64,000 nt of DNA, taken from an uncultured Eubacteriales bacterium. GTDB taxonomy: Bacteria; Bacillota; Clostridia; Oscillospirales; Acutalibacteraceae. The notes under the pieces are model-generated. The model was not told where the DNA came from and did no database searches. It saw only the letters and a list, made by a program, of their open reading frames with translations. Position numbers and translations under genes: made by a program. Below, in pieces: positions 34,701 through 42,948 of the stretch. The first letter of the stretch is position 1. Every line of letters starts with the position of its first letter. The stretch lies in the NCBI GenBank assembly GCA_934630515.1, contig CAKTVV010000012.1, positions 7,578 through 71,577 of the forward strand, written 5' to 3'.

Positions 34701-35798
34701 GCTCTTAAACTCCTTGAAGCCTGCCACCCAGCCGCACAGACCGTCGCTGAAATCCCCATTGGTCAGCAGCTGGGTCTTGGCGGTGTCCGCCGTCTCGTAT
34801 ACGGTGGCATCGAAGAGGTTGCCCTCGCACACAGCGGCGTTCTTGAACCGGATGATGAAGTAGAGACTCTTTCCGGTGATGTCGCTGCCGTTGTTATCCT
34901 TAGAGGGAGCGTCAAAGGTATAGGTGTAATACACCGACTTTCCGTTGGGCTCCTTGCTGGCCGTGACCTGCGGGGTCACCCCCGGCTGCGTCCACGAGCC
35001 GGTCACCACCCGGAACACCAGATCAAAATCGTCCTCGGTGATGCCCTCCGACAGGGCAAAGGTGTAGGTGTAATTCTTGCCCGCCGTTACCGCCACCGGC
35101 ACCTTGAGCTCGCAGTTGCCGCTGTTCTTAGTCTTGTTGATGTGCAGCATCTTTTTGGCGGCGCTGCTGTCCAGAAGAGACTCATCCAAATCCGTCACCG
35201 ACACCGCAACATAGGTGCCGTCGGCATACTCCGAGCCGGACAGGGGCGTGGACTCCACAAACCAGCCCTTCAGCCCGCTTTTGAAGTCGCCGTTCTGCAG
35301 CAGCTCCGTCTTGGCGCTGTCATCTGCCGCATAGGCGGTGGGACGCACCAGATAGCCCTCGCAGGCGGCCTTGAACCGGATGATGAAAAAGACGGAATCG
35401 GTCATGGCGTTGCCGTTATTGTCCTTGGCGGGGATCGTCAGGCTGTAGGTATAATCATACAGCTGTCCGTTTTTCTCCCGGCTGACCTGCGTGATGGCGG
35501 CATTGACCCCCACCTTGACACCGCCGGGGCTGTCCGCCCGACACACCACCTCAAAGCTGCCGTCCATGGCGGCACTGGCCAAGAAGCGGAAGTGGTACTG
35601 CTTGCCCACCTCCACCCGGACGGGCGTGCGCAGCTCGTCATAGTTGCTGTTTACCTTGCTCACCTGGATCCGGAGCATCTTCTCCCCGGCGGCGGCACGT
35701 ACCGTCAGCGGCAGGAACAATCCCAGCAGCAGGCTGACGATCAGCACCCCGCAGAGCAGTCCCTTCCATCCGGTCAAGCTCTTTCGTATGCTACCCAT
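31752..35798 (-). CDS. 1348-aa surface protein: 6-7 tandem jelly-roll modules, two CarboxypepD_reg-like domains, C-terminal TM anchor
   Basis: AAAGGTGGA RBS precedes ATG 35798. Signal peptide ...LLLGLFLPLTVRAAAG. The C-terminal tail is PVLWIVLAGVAVLVIAAGAVIAVILVQKKKKQA. Confidence 0.9.
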   Translation of the reverse strand: MGSIRKSLTGWKGLLCGVLIVSLLLGLFLPLTVRAAAGEKMLRIQVSKVNSNYDELRTPVRVEVGKQYHFRFLASAAMDGSFEVVCRADSPGGVKVGVNAAITQVSREKNGQLYDYTYSLTIPAKDNNGNAMTDSVFFIIRFKAACEGYLVRPTAYAADDSAKTELLQNGDFKSGLKGWFVESTPLSGSEYADGTYVAVSVTDLDESLLDSSAAKKMLHINKTKNSGNCELKVPVAVTAGKNYTYTFALSEGITEDDFDLVFRVVTGSWTQPGVTPQVTASKEPNGKSVYYTYTFDAPSKDNNGSDITGKSLYFIIRFKNAAVCEGNLFDATVYETADTAKTQLLTNGDFSDGLCGWVAGFKEFKSGDTTGTDSNGTTQLTVLPFDESLIDAEPSGPQMLHITKTSAARGELKNSAPVEKGQTYDYTFGLSNGFTDSDFELVCRVNTGTGTQPGVAANIQRVRRVENKISTLYTYRFTVPLNDQNIGDHELYFIIRFKTACEGDLFNPCVYRTDDADKTNLLDNGDFTSGLYGWIWEFRTFAADQREADVTEYAAKLQVVDFDEALLEESDNTPKMLQVNKTGAARGELMQLVPVTAGASYDFTFGLTDSIDKFEVVCRASDAAKRAGINAQITQVKKDVRNGGTLYTYRFTIPEKDNNGNPVTDQVFFIVRFPQGSIYQGALYVPSVCAVGAESTELLTNADFRSGLDKWSLEYTWLSGKHFQNSDMELTVVTLDESLLEKNRDEKHMLHIKTSRAKELMQRVPVKAGESYEFSFSLTHNLKNFTMVCLSDGKRRPVDANIQAVSEVEKDGYTVYTYRYTIPVTYVDSEGNSVPMTDTVFFGMKAAGTFEALFFDASVHNVNDPAKIELLNNPEFKLELNDWAWGWDAWFAHSDTALAGMNRWENESTLLETVEYSDQSIADMIAKIPSKKMVYFVNGTKSSNFASRVALQANAEYQVTFSAYSTGPFDIKVTEDDARPTVRVNSELVSEEKHGNYTTYTYRFTMPDTVKTENVFVGVLVNFFSEGYIFDMSLYRADDPKQKNLWNNATFGVGLDGWIWDWHAWFGTWAENPAGTFEWTNGANTVKVMDFDLSKIDQLIAELNVNDGKWWNDSDIIQEDTPQTATLSGTLLDENRQPRAGVKLLLKSDSKTYTAVTDKNGRFTFKNFPAGFYELYAVDADGNSVSTGYFSSFSGGDTAVLQLTLDASGAATEPDNTPDDDTPETAGSTLRGTVYTPQLKTVADLKIFLKGVGETTTNAQGSFTFENVPVGEYELYTLLEDGSKYVFRTVQIKENVGLSVKLKYDPATDTAADGTPVLWIVLAGVAVLVIAAGAVIAVILVQKKKKQA
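32433..35687 (-). repeat. tandem array of ~177-aa protein modules (coding repeat)
   Basis: The module-initial motif N[GAP][DET]F..[GE]L..W falls at ORF residues 177, 355, 532, 709, 881 and 1056 (spacing 172-178). Each module also has ML.I.KT, Y.Y.F, YTY.FT.P.KDNNG and FFI.RFK blocks. Confidence 0.85.
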
Positions 35799-35825
35799 AG
35801 CGTTTCCACCTTTCTCATGCAAGTT

Positions 35826-36719
35826 TTATTCCCAATGCTTCACGCAATACCGTTGATACAGCAGATAGATGGCTCCGATCACCACCAGCACTACCGCAAA
35901 ATAGAGCCACAGCATCGCCGAGCTGTTGCCGTAATCCTGATTGAGCATCCGGCTGTAGGCATTGGCCACCAGCGTATTGTTGGTATCCACAAACAGCTCG
36001 ATCATGGTGTAGATCAGCACCAGCGAGATGATGTGCCGCAGACTGGGCACGGTGATGAGCCAGAACTCCTCCCACTTGTTGGCGCCCTCCAGCTTCGATA
36101 CCTCATAGAGGGAGGCGGGGATGCTCTGCAGACCGGCGATGAACAGCACCGTCTGCACCCCACATTTCCAGATGATGTTGATGCTGTTGGACAGCAGGAA
36201 CACCAAAATCGGTGTGACCTGGGAGGGAATATTCAGATTGGCGATGATCTCATTATAGTTGATGATGCCCGTGCCGGCGGTGCCGGAGGAGAACAGGGGC
36301 ATGGTGATGAAATCGCCGTTGAGGGTGCTCATCACCACGGAGTTGCTGATGATGGCGGGCAGGAAGAAGATCGCCCGAAAGACGGTCTTGCCCTTGAAAT
36401 TCTGGTTGAGCAGCACCGCCAGAATGAGGCTCAGCGCCAGAATAAAGGGCAGGGAGTAGAACATCATCCCCATGGAATCCCGCATATTGTCCAGATAGTC
36501 GGCGCTGACCGTCAGCAGCTCCCGGTAATGCTCCAGCCCCACGAACTGCGTCACCACGCTGCCAGGCTCAATAAGGATATTGTTGAAGCTGTACCACAGC
36601 GAGCAGCCCAGCGGATACACAAAGAACAGTGCCAGCCCGATGAGCCAGTGCAGCACAAAGCTGTACCCGGCACGGGTGCGGGTCTTTTCCAGACTTCTGG
36701 CGGAAGTTGATCTTGCCAT
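35826..36719 (-). CDS. sugar ABC transporter permease (MalF-type)
   Basis: N-terminal FVGLEHY pattern, EAA loop LYEVSKLEGANKWEEFWLITVP and 6 TM helices. Confidence 0.85.
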   Translation of the reverse strand: MARSTSARSLEKTRTRAGYSFVLHWLIGLALFFVYPLGCSLWYSFNNILIEPGSVVTQFVGLEHYRELLTVSADYLDNMRDSMGMMFYSLPFILALSLILAVLLNQNFKGKTVFRAIFFLPAIISNSVVMSTLNGDFITMPLFSSGTAGTGIINYNEIIANLNIPSQVTPILVFLLSNSINIIWKCGVQTVLFIAGLQSIPASLYEVSKLEGANKWEEFWLITVPSLRHIISLVLIYTMIELFVDTNNTLVANAYSRMLNQDYGNSSAMLWLYFAVVLVVIGAIYLLYQRYCVKHWE

Positions 36720-36730
36720 TGTTACACCTC

Positions 36731-38932
36731 TCAGCCCAGACAGAACGCATAGGGCTGCAATTCCCCGGCGGGGCAGCGCTGCGTTCGGTCGGTTTGGTTC
36801 ACATAGACGGTCTTGCCGTTTGCATAGCGGGTACAGCTGACCCCGTCCGCCCCCAGCGTATATTCGACCAGCGGCGACTGCGCCACCGCCGCATACAGGG
36901 CGGCGTAGCCGCTGGCGGTCAGGGTCTCGACGATGCTCTGCCGATGGTCGGCGTAGAGCGTGCCGTACAGCTTATATTCGCTCAGGTCATCGGAGCCGTC
37001 CACAAAGGTATCCGTCAGCGTATAGCCCAGCCCCATGCCGTAGGCGGCTGCCCGGGCGATCGCCAGCGGAATGTTCTCTGCCAGATTGATCGCCTCGGTA
37101 TACAGAGGCTTATAGCCGTGGAACACCATCTGGTAGAACGGCACGGCGGCGTCCAGCCCGTCGTAGCTGCCGGTATCCGCAGGAGCGTCAAACACCACGT
37201 CCGCCGTCCCGGCGGCATAGCCGTTGGCGGCAGCCACCGCCGTCCGGTAGCCCGCCTGCTGCGCCGTTTTCAGCAGCACCGCCGCATCCTGCTCCATCCC
37301 CGCCTTGCTGATATACCCCTCGTCGGAGTATGCCGTGCTGCCCAGACTGGACAGACTCACCGCACCCACGCCGTAGCGTGCTGCCTTTTTCAGTGCAAAG
37401 GCGGCGGCGTTTGCCAGCTCCTTCCGGGCGAGGGTGTAATAGGCGTTGGTCTTATCGTTCACCCGCAGCGGGGTCACGGGGAAATGCTCCGCTTTATACT
37501 GGATAGCGGTCTTGGCTGCATCCAAATTAAGAGAGAATCCACCGCCGGACTTAGAGAAGTTCACGATATCGTAATCCGGGAACAGGTTGTCGCCGCACAG
37601 CGCCGTCAGCGCTGCAAGCTCGCTCTTGGAGCCATACACCGACGGATAGCTCTTGCCTCCGGCGATGCGTCCCGGGCGGATCCCGGCGTCTCCGTAGCCC
37701 ATCAGCCGCACCAGCGGCAGCGTGCCCGTCGTCTCCTGCAGCTCCGACACGATGCTCTGCGCCTGTGAGAAGGTGGTCATCGTCACCAGTTTTTTCCGGG
37801 GAATTCCGAATATGGAAGTGGTGATATTGGTTCCGCCCAGCAGTGTCACCGCATAGGGAGCGCTTTCCTCCGTCGTGGCGGTCATGCCCTGCGCCAGCAG
37901 GTAGTCCTGATACCGGGCGGCGATTCCGGCATAGCCAGCCTCGTCGCCGTGAAGCGCCTGATACGCCACGGTCATCTTCTCTCCGGACATCCGGTCGTTG
38001 ACCCGGCTGGTGATCCCTTTATAGTTGCCGTGATATACATAAGAGAACTCGTCATAGCCCCGCACATAGAACACAGCCCCGACGTAGGAGCTGCCCAGCC
38101 GGGAATTGCCCGCCTGCGCCTGAATCTCGCAGGAGGCGGCGCCCTCCTCGATGATGCCCATCAACCCCTTGCCGTCGCCATAGGCGCCGAACACGGGCAG
38201 CCGCACCGCCTGCTCCTCGGTCAGATTCAGCGGATTGCGGCGAGCCGCATCCCGGCCGTACACCTCGCCGGTATACTGGCGGGCGCCGTCCGGCGTCTCC
38301 GCCGTATGCATCACCGCTCCGCTGCCGGCGGGAACAAACAGCTGTCCGCCCGCCGCATCGTTCTTCACGCTGCACAGGAACGGGGTGACCGTGACCGATA
38401 CCAGCTTATAGTCATCTCCATCCTCCAGAATCTTGGAGGAATCCACGGTGACGGTCAGACCGTCCTCCCGCAGCACATAATCCACCGGCACGGCGATCTT
38501 ATACGCATCGAAGAAATAGGTGACCCGCATGCCGTTATCCAGCTTTTTGCACACCACGCTGCCGTTATTTTCTGTCTGGGAATAGCTGGAGAGGGTGTCC
38601 CATTTCAGCGTCTTGGTGTTCGCCACCGTGATGCTGATGGGGCTGCTGGCGTTGGCGCCGGCGCTGCCCTCCCGGAACGCATCCAGCAGAATGTCCGACC
38701 AATAATCGCCGGTATCCGTCGCCTGCAGCACGATCGCCCGGCCGTCCGACTCCCAGGTCAGCGCATACCGGTCGTTCGTCGCCAGCGTCTGGGCGTCCGA
38801 CACCGTCCCGCTGACGCTGCGGTAGCCGTTGGCAGCGGCGGAGCCGCCGCAGCCGGACAGCGCCACCAGCGGAATGCACAGCGCCAGCAAAACAGCGGCG
38901 GTGCGGATGAAGCTATGTTTGAACGCCGTCAC
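36731..38932 (-). CDS. large lipoprotein of unknown function (DUF5696-like from memory)
   Basis: The preferred start is GTG 38932, with an AAAGGAAAGG RBS 8 nt upstream, giving signal MTAFKHSFIRTAAVLLALCIPLVALSGC (lipobox LSGC). The track start ATG 38995 would overlap the upstream gene by 23 nt. Confidence 0.75.
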   Translation of the reverse strand: MTAFKHSFIRTAAVLLALCIPLVALSGCGGSAAANGYRSVSGTVSDAQTLATNDRYALTWESDGRAIVLQATDTGDYWSDILLDAFREGSAGANASSPISITVANTKTLKWDTLSSYSQTENNGSVVCKKLDNGMRVTYFFDAYKIAVPVDYVLREDGLTVTVDSSKILEDGDDYKLVSVTVTPFLCSVKNDAAGGQLFVPAGSGAVMHTAETPDGARQYTGEVYGRDAARRNPLNLTEEQAVRLPVFGAYGDGKGLMGIIEEGAASCEIQAQAGNSRLGSSYVGAVFYVRGYDEFSYVYHGNYKGITSRVNDRMSGEKMTVAYQALHGDEAGYAGIAARYQDYLLAQGMTATTEESAPYAVTLLGGTNITTSIFGIPRKKLVTMTTFSQAQSIVSELQETTGTLPLVRLMGYGDAGIRPGRIAGGKSYPSVYGSKSELAALTALCGDNLFPDYDIVNFSKSGGGFSLNLDAAKTAIQYKAEHFPVTPLRVNDKTNAYYTLARKELANAAAFALKKAARYGVGAVSLSSLGSTAYSDEGYISKAGMEQDAAVLLKTAQQAGYRTAVAAANGYAAGTADVVFDAPADTGSYDGLDAAVPFYQMVFHGYKPLYTEAINLAENIPLAIARAAAYGMGLGYTLTDTFVDGSDDLSEYKLYGTLYADHRQSIVETLTASGYAALYAAVAQSPLVEYTLGADGVSCTRYANGKTVYVNQTDRTQRCPAGELQPYAFCLG

Positions 38933-38972
38933 TTGCGTCACCTTTCCTTTTACAAAATCAGTCGATCGGCTC

Positions 38973-41093
38973 TCATCGGTAGGCGACCTCCTCATAAACG
39001 GATACGAGGAAGGTGAAGAACTGGGAGATCAGGATCGCACAGAGAAACAGAATGAACACCACCAAAATCATGAAGAAGATGGTGACCAGCCCCGTCAGCA
39101 GAAACTGGAAGAAATCGTATTCGTGCATCTTCATGGTCGCCACCGCCACCAGGAAGAAGGTGTAGAGCAGCATCACCGTCGTCAGCGCCCCGATCAGCCC
39201 GGAGGTGGACAGGGGCAGGAACCGGGTCAGCAGCACCCGCACCAGCTGGAACAGGACCCACGGCACCAGCGCATAAGCGGTGGCGGTATAGACCTCCCGG
39301 AGGGTGCCCTTGCCGGAGAACATGGAGCAGACCAGCCAGTTGCACACCGACCACAGCACCAGCAGACCGGCGGTGCTGCCCAGCGTATACAGCGAATTGT
39401 AATTGCGCAGCAGCGTATCCGTATACAGGAACCCGGCGCCGATCACATTCAGCACCGCCGCCACATAAAACAGCACCGTGATCCCCATCGCCGCCTTGAC
39501 CGAGCCGAGCTTTTTATACTTCATCTCGTCGTAGCTGTCAAAGGGGTGAAACGGTACCCGCAGCATCAGCTGCAGCTGCGGGTTGGTGATCAGCCGCTTT
39601 TTCCGGCGGCGCAGCCACAGCCAAAGCCCCACCACGGCGCCGATGACCGCCACAATCAGCAGCAGGATCCACACAAAGTGGTCGGCGATGAACTGGGAGA
39701 CCAGCTCCTGCCACGCCAGATCGTACACGGAATAATCCATTCCGGTGCGGGCCGCCTCCAGCGCCGCCCGGTAGTCGCCCTCGTTATAGTACGCCATCGC
39801 CAGACCCTTATAGGCGGGATGGCAGTTCCGGTTGAGGGACAGCACCTCCTGCCACAGGTTCTTCGCCTGGGCATAGTCGCCGTCCAGATACAGCCCCTGC
39901 GCCTGAAAGAGCTTGTCGCCGTAGTCGGTCATCCGGAACACGGTGACGGTGTAGCTGTCCTGATCCGCCACCAGCACGTCCCGGCCGTTGAGGGCCAGCG
40001 CCGTCGCCTTGCGGAACACGCCCAGCTGGTTTCCCTGCCCATAGCCGCCGCCGAAGGCGGACAGCAGGTTGCAGTCGGTGTCATAGATGTACACCGTGCC
40101 GTTGCCGCCATCCAGCACATAGATGAATCCGTCGTCGCTGACCGCCACCGAGGTCAGATCCTGCACGGCGGCGCCCTCCGGCTTGGAGGTCTCCAGAAAA
40201 TTCACCGTGGAGGAGGTCACGGAATCCCCGTCCAGCTTACGCTTATAGAGGATGTTATCGCCGTTGTGGCTGATCTTCCGCAGCTGCCCCACCGTCCCCT
40301 GAGAGCTGTATTTGTCCGAGCTGATGGCGCCGGTGACGGTGATCATGAAATCCTCGGTGTCAAAGCAGAAATCCGTGAAGGAATAGGGCAGGGTCTTGAC
40401 GGACGCCGCCTTTTTCGCATCGGTGCTGGTGAGCCGCTTCCACAAATAGGACAGGGTGTCCAGCGCCGACGCCTCCACGGTGTTGGAGCCGTAGAAGCCC
40501 ATAAATTCGTATTCCGGCGAGTACATCAGCGCTCCGTAATAGCACCCAAGGCTGAGGATATAGGTGTACCCCTCCGTATCCTTTTCGATGGCTATGGGGT
40601 GGAACAGGAAATCCTCCGGGATCAGCGACGACTGGGGGCTGCCCAGCGTCTGCTGCACCACGCCGTCGGCGCTGCAGATCAGGATGCGCTCATGGTTGGT
40701 GTCGGCGATATAGAGGTTGCCCTCCCCGTCGGCATATACCCCGCCGGCGCCCTCAAAATCCACGGCGCCCTCCCCGTCGGTCACCGGGATCTCCCGGGCG
40801 GCGGAATAATCGGAGCGGATGGAGATGAGCCGGGAGGTACCGCCGCACAGCAGCAGGATCTCTCCGTTCGGCTGGCGGAAAATATCGGTGATCCCCTCCA
40901 GACTGCTGGTCAATCCCAGCGAGGCGGCACTCATCTCCTGCACGGCGGCATACATTTCCCGGGTCACGTTGACCTCGATGGCGCCGGGAACGTCCGCACG
41001 GGTGTAGGAATCCGTGACGCCCGCCGCCGCCGGCAGCACCGTCGCCGCCGCTAACACAACGAGAAGTGCAAAAACAGCTATTTTCTTGAACAA
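38973..41093 (-). CDS. NHL-repeat/TPR extracellular domain fused to a Yip1-family membrane domain
   Basis: TTG start after GGGAGGGAAGGA. Signal peptide MFKKIAVFALLVVLAAATVLPAAAG. NHL-like blades (NLYIADTNHERILI, FIYVLDGGNGTVYIYD, VLVADQDSYTVTVF) and a TPR-like stretch (GDYAQAKNLWQEVL...AYYNEGDYRAAL) are followed by one TM and a 5-TM Yip1-like region. Confidence 0.8.
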   Translation of the reverse strand: MFKKIAVFALLVVLAAATVLPAAAGVTDSYTRADVPGAIEVNVTREMYAAVQEMSAASLGLTSSLEGITDIFRQPNGEILLLCGGTSRLISIRSDYSAAREIPVTDGEGAVDFEGAGGVYADGEGNLYIADTNHERILICSADGVVQQTLGSPQSSLIPEDFLFHPIAIEKDTEGYTYILSLGCYYGALMYSPEYEFMGFYGSNTVEASALDTLSYLWKRLTSTDAKKAASVKTLPYSFTDFCFDTEDFMITVTGAISSDKYSSQGTVGQLRKISHNGDNILYKRKLDGDSVTSSTVNFLETSKPEGAAVQDLTSVAVSDDGFIYVLDGGNGTVYIYDTDCNLLSAFGGGYGQGNQLGVFRKATALALNGRDVLVADQDSYTVTVFRMTDYGDKLFQAQGLYLDGDYAQAKNLWQEVLSLNRNCHPAYKGLAMAYYNEGDYRAALEAARTGMDYSVYDLAWQELVSQFIADHFVWILLLIVAVIGAVVGLWLWLRRRKKRLITNPQLQLMLRVPFHPFDSYDEMKYKKLGSVKAAMGITVLFYVAAVLNVIGAGFLYTDTLLRNYNSLYTLGSTAGLLVLWSVCNWLVCSMFSGKGTLREVYTATAYALVPWVLFQLVRVLLTRFLPLSTSGLIGALTTVMLLYTFFLVAVATMKMHEYDFFQFLLTGLVTIFFMILVVFILFLCAILISQFFTFLVSVYEEVAYR

Positions 41094-41115
41094 GGTGATC
41101 CTTCCCTCCCGTTGT

Positions 41116-41979
41116 TTATTCTTTGATGCCCGAGCTGCTCATGGTCTCCAGCACATTCCCCTGGGTCAGCAAAAACACCAGAATCGGCGGGATCATCATC
41201 AGCACCGTGATCGCCATGGAGCTGCCGGAGCGGGCGATTCCGCCCGCCGCCACGGAGCTCATCACCGACGGCAGCGTTTTCAGCTCCTCGCTGAAGATAG
41301 TGCCGGTGGACTGGGTGGACCACATGGCTTGGAACGAGAACAGCAGCACCGTCATCAACGCCGGTTTCATGATAGGCATCACGATGCGCCCGTACATCAC
41401 CAGCACCCCGGCGCCGTCGATCCGGGCAGCCTCCAGCAGCGAGTTGTTCACGCTGGCATCCATAAACTGCTTCATCAGGAAGCAGCTGACCGTCGAAGCC
41501 AGCGTGGGGAAAATATACACCCAGTAGGTATCGATCAGGTGCAGCTTGGAAAAGATCAGATACTGGGGCACCGCCAGCGTGACGGCGTTATACAGCATCA
41601 TCATCTGGATGAGGGTGAAGATCGCCTTGCGCCCCCGAACCTTGGATTTCGACAGGGTGAACGCCGCCATCGACCCCACCAGCACCGACAGAAGCGTGGT
41701 GGTGATGGAGATGAACAGGCTGTTGAACAGATACCGGGAGATCGGCACCTGCAGATTGCTCAGCAGCGCCGGCAGCACCTTGAAATTCCGCAGGGTCGGT
41801 CGGACCACGTAGAACTTCGGGGGGAAGATCAGCAGCTCATCCAGCGGCTTGAGGGATGTCAATATGCAGTAAAACAGCGGAAAGACCGTAAACAGCCCTG
41901 CACCCAGCAGGACCGCAAAGAAAACGACGTTTCCTGCCTTTGAGCGGGTGAACCGCCTGTATTGCGCATTCTTTGCCAA
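41116..41979 (-). CDS. carbohydrate ABC transporter permease (MalG-type)
   Basis: TTG start after GAGGAG. LTSLKP... N-terminal pattern and EAA loop LLEAARIDGAGVLVMYGRIVMP. Confidence 0.85.
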   Translation of the reverse strand: MAKNAQYRRFTRSKAGNVVFFAVLLGAGLFTVFPLFYCILTSLKPLDELLIFPPKFYVVRPTLRNFKVLPALLSNLQVPISRYLFNSLFISITTTLLSVLVGSMAAFTLSKSKVRGRKAIFTLIQMMMLYNAVTLAVPQYLIFSKLHLIDTYWVYIFPTLASTVSCFLMKQFMDASVNNSLLEAARIDGAGVLVMYGRIVMPIMKPALMTVLLFSFQAMWSTQSTGTIFSEELKTLPSVMSSVAAGGIARSGSSMAITVLMMIPPILVFLLTQGNVLETMSSSGIKE

Positions 41980-41996
41980 ATCGTACCGCTCCTCAC

Positions 41997-42911
41997 TTAC
42001 TCACTTTTCCCGATGAGGTTGAGAATCGCTCCGATGCCGTATCGGAAAGCGATCACCACCGCAAACAGGAACACCGACAGCGCCGCCGCATAGCCCATCT
42101 CATAGCGGGAGGTCGCCACATCCTCGATATACGACACCAGCGTATCCACCGAATTGTTCACGCTGGGGTAGCCCGCCAGCGTCTTGATCAGGGTGCTGAT
42201 GGAAAACGCCGCCTGGATCTGCATCACGGCGCTGAACAGCAGAATGGTCTTCATGGACGGCAGGGTGATATACCACAGCTCGTGCCACCGGGTGCGGATG
42301 CCGTCGATCGCACCCGCCTCATACAGCTCCGTGTTCACATTCTGCAGACCGGAGATATTCGCCAGGAAGGAAATGCCCATGCTCATCCACAGCTGCACCA
42401 GCACGATCACGAAAAAGTTATAGCTGGTGTTCTGGAACCACTGGATCGGCTCGGTGATGAACCCGAAGCTCAGCAGGATGTTATTCACATAGGCATAGCT
42501 GTCGCCGGAAAACATCACCTGCCAGATATACAGGGCGTTGCCCACCAGCGAGGGCACATAGAACACAAAGGTCAGCAGCACCCGGATGGCACGGGGAAAC
42601 TCGTTGATCATCCACGCCAGCAGAAACGCCAGCAGATATCCGCCCGGTCCCACGATAAGAGCAAATTTGAGAGTCGTCCCCACCACCTTAAAGAAGGTGC
42701 GGTCCGCCGTGAACATCCGGATGTAGTTGCCGAAGCCGATGAACAGCGGCGAGGACACCATGTCGTAGTCAAAAAAGCTCAACACCATGGACGCCAGCAC
42801 CGGCAGCATATTAAAGATAAAGAAAGCCAGCAAAAAGGGCAGCAGGATCAGATAGAACATCACGTCCTCCCGCACAGCACCCTGTCGGATGGCGGCATTG
42901 CGTTTTCTCAC
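41997..42911 (-). CDS. sugar ABC transporter permease (MalF/LplB-type)
   Basis: GTG start after GAGG. FIGFGNY pattern and EAA loop LYEAGAIDGIRTRWHELWYITLP. Confidence 0.85.
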   Translation of the reverse strand: MRKRNAAIRQGAVREDVMFYLILLPFLLAFFIFNMLPVLASMVLSFFDYDMVSSPLFIGFGNYIRMFTADRTFFKVVGTTLKFALIVGPGGYLLAFLLAWMINEFPRAIRVLLTFVFYVPSLVGNALYIWQVMFSGDSYAYVNNILLSFGFITEPIQWFQNTSYNFFVIVLVQLWMSMGISFLANISGLQNVNTELYEAGAIDGIRTRWHELWYITLPSMKTILLFSAVMQIQAAFSISTLIKTLAGYPSVNNSVDTLVSYIEDVATSRYEMGYAAALSVFLFAVVIAFRYGIGAILNLIGKSE

Positions 42912-42948
42912 ATTCTTCGCCTCATTCTGTCGTTACAAGATAGATCGG

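Noticed and set aside
32388-36710. A 1440-aa plus-strand ORF, plus similar very long ORFs at 4339-5853, 6053-7513, 19090-22146, 23244-26486, 26838-28556, 30113-31900, 38829-41054, 43630-46314, 47724-48809, 48876-50381 and 51369-52982.
   Set aside because: All are antisense to genes with recognisable family motifs, signal peptides and RBSs. Their translations are Arg/Gly/His/Pro/Gln-rich low-complexity strings, and they lack RBSs. These are typical stop-poor shadow frames of high-GC DNA.
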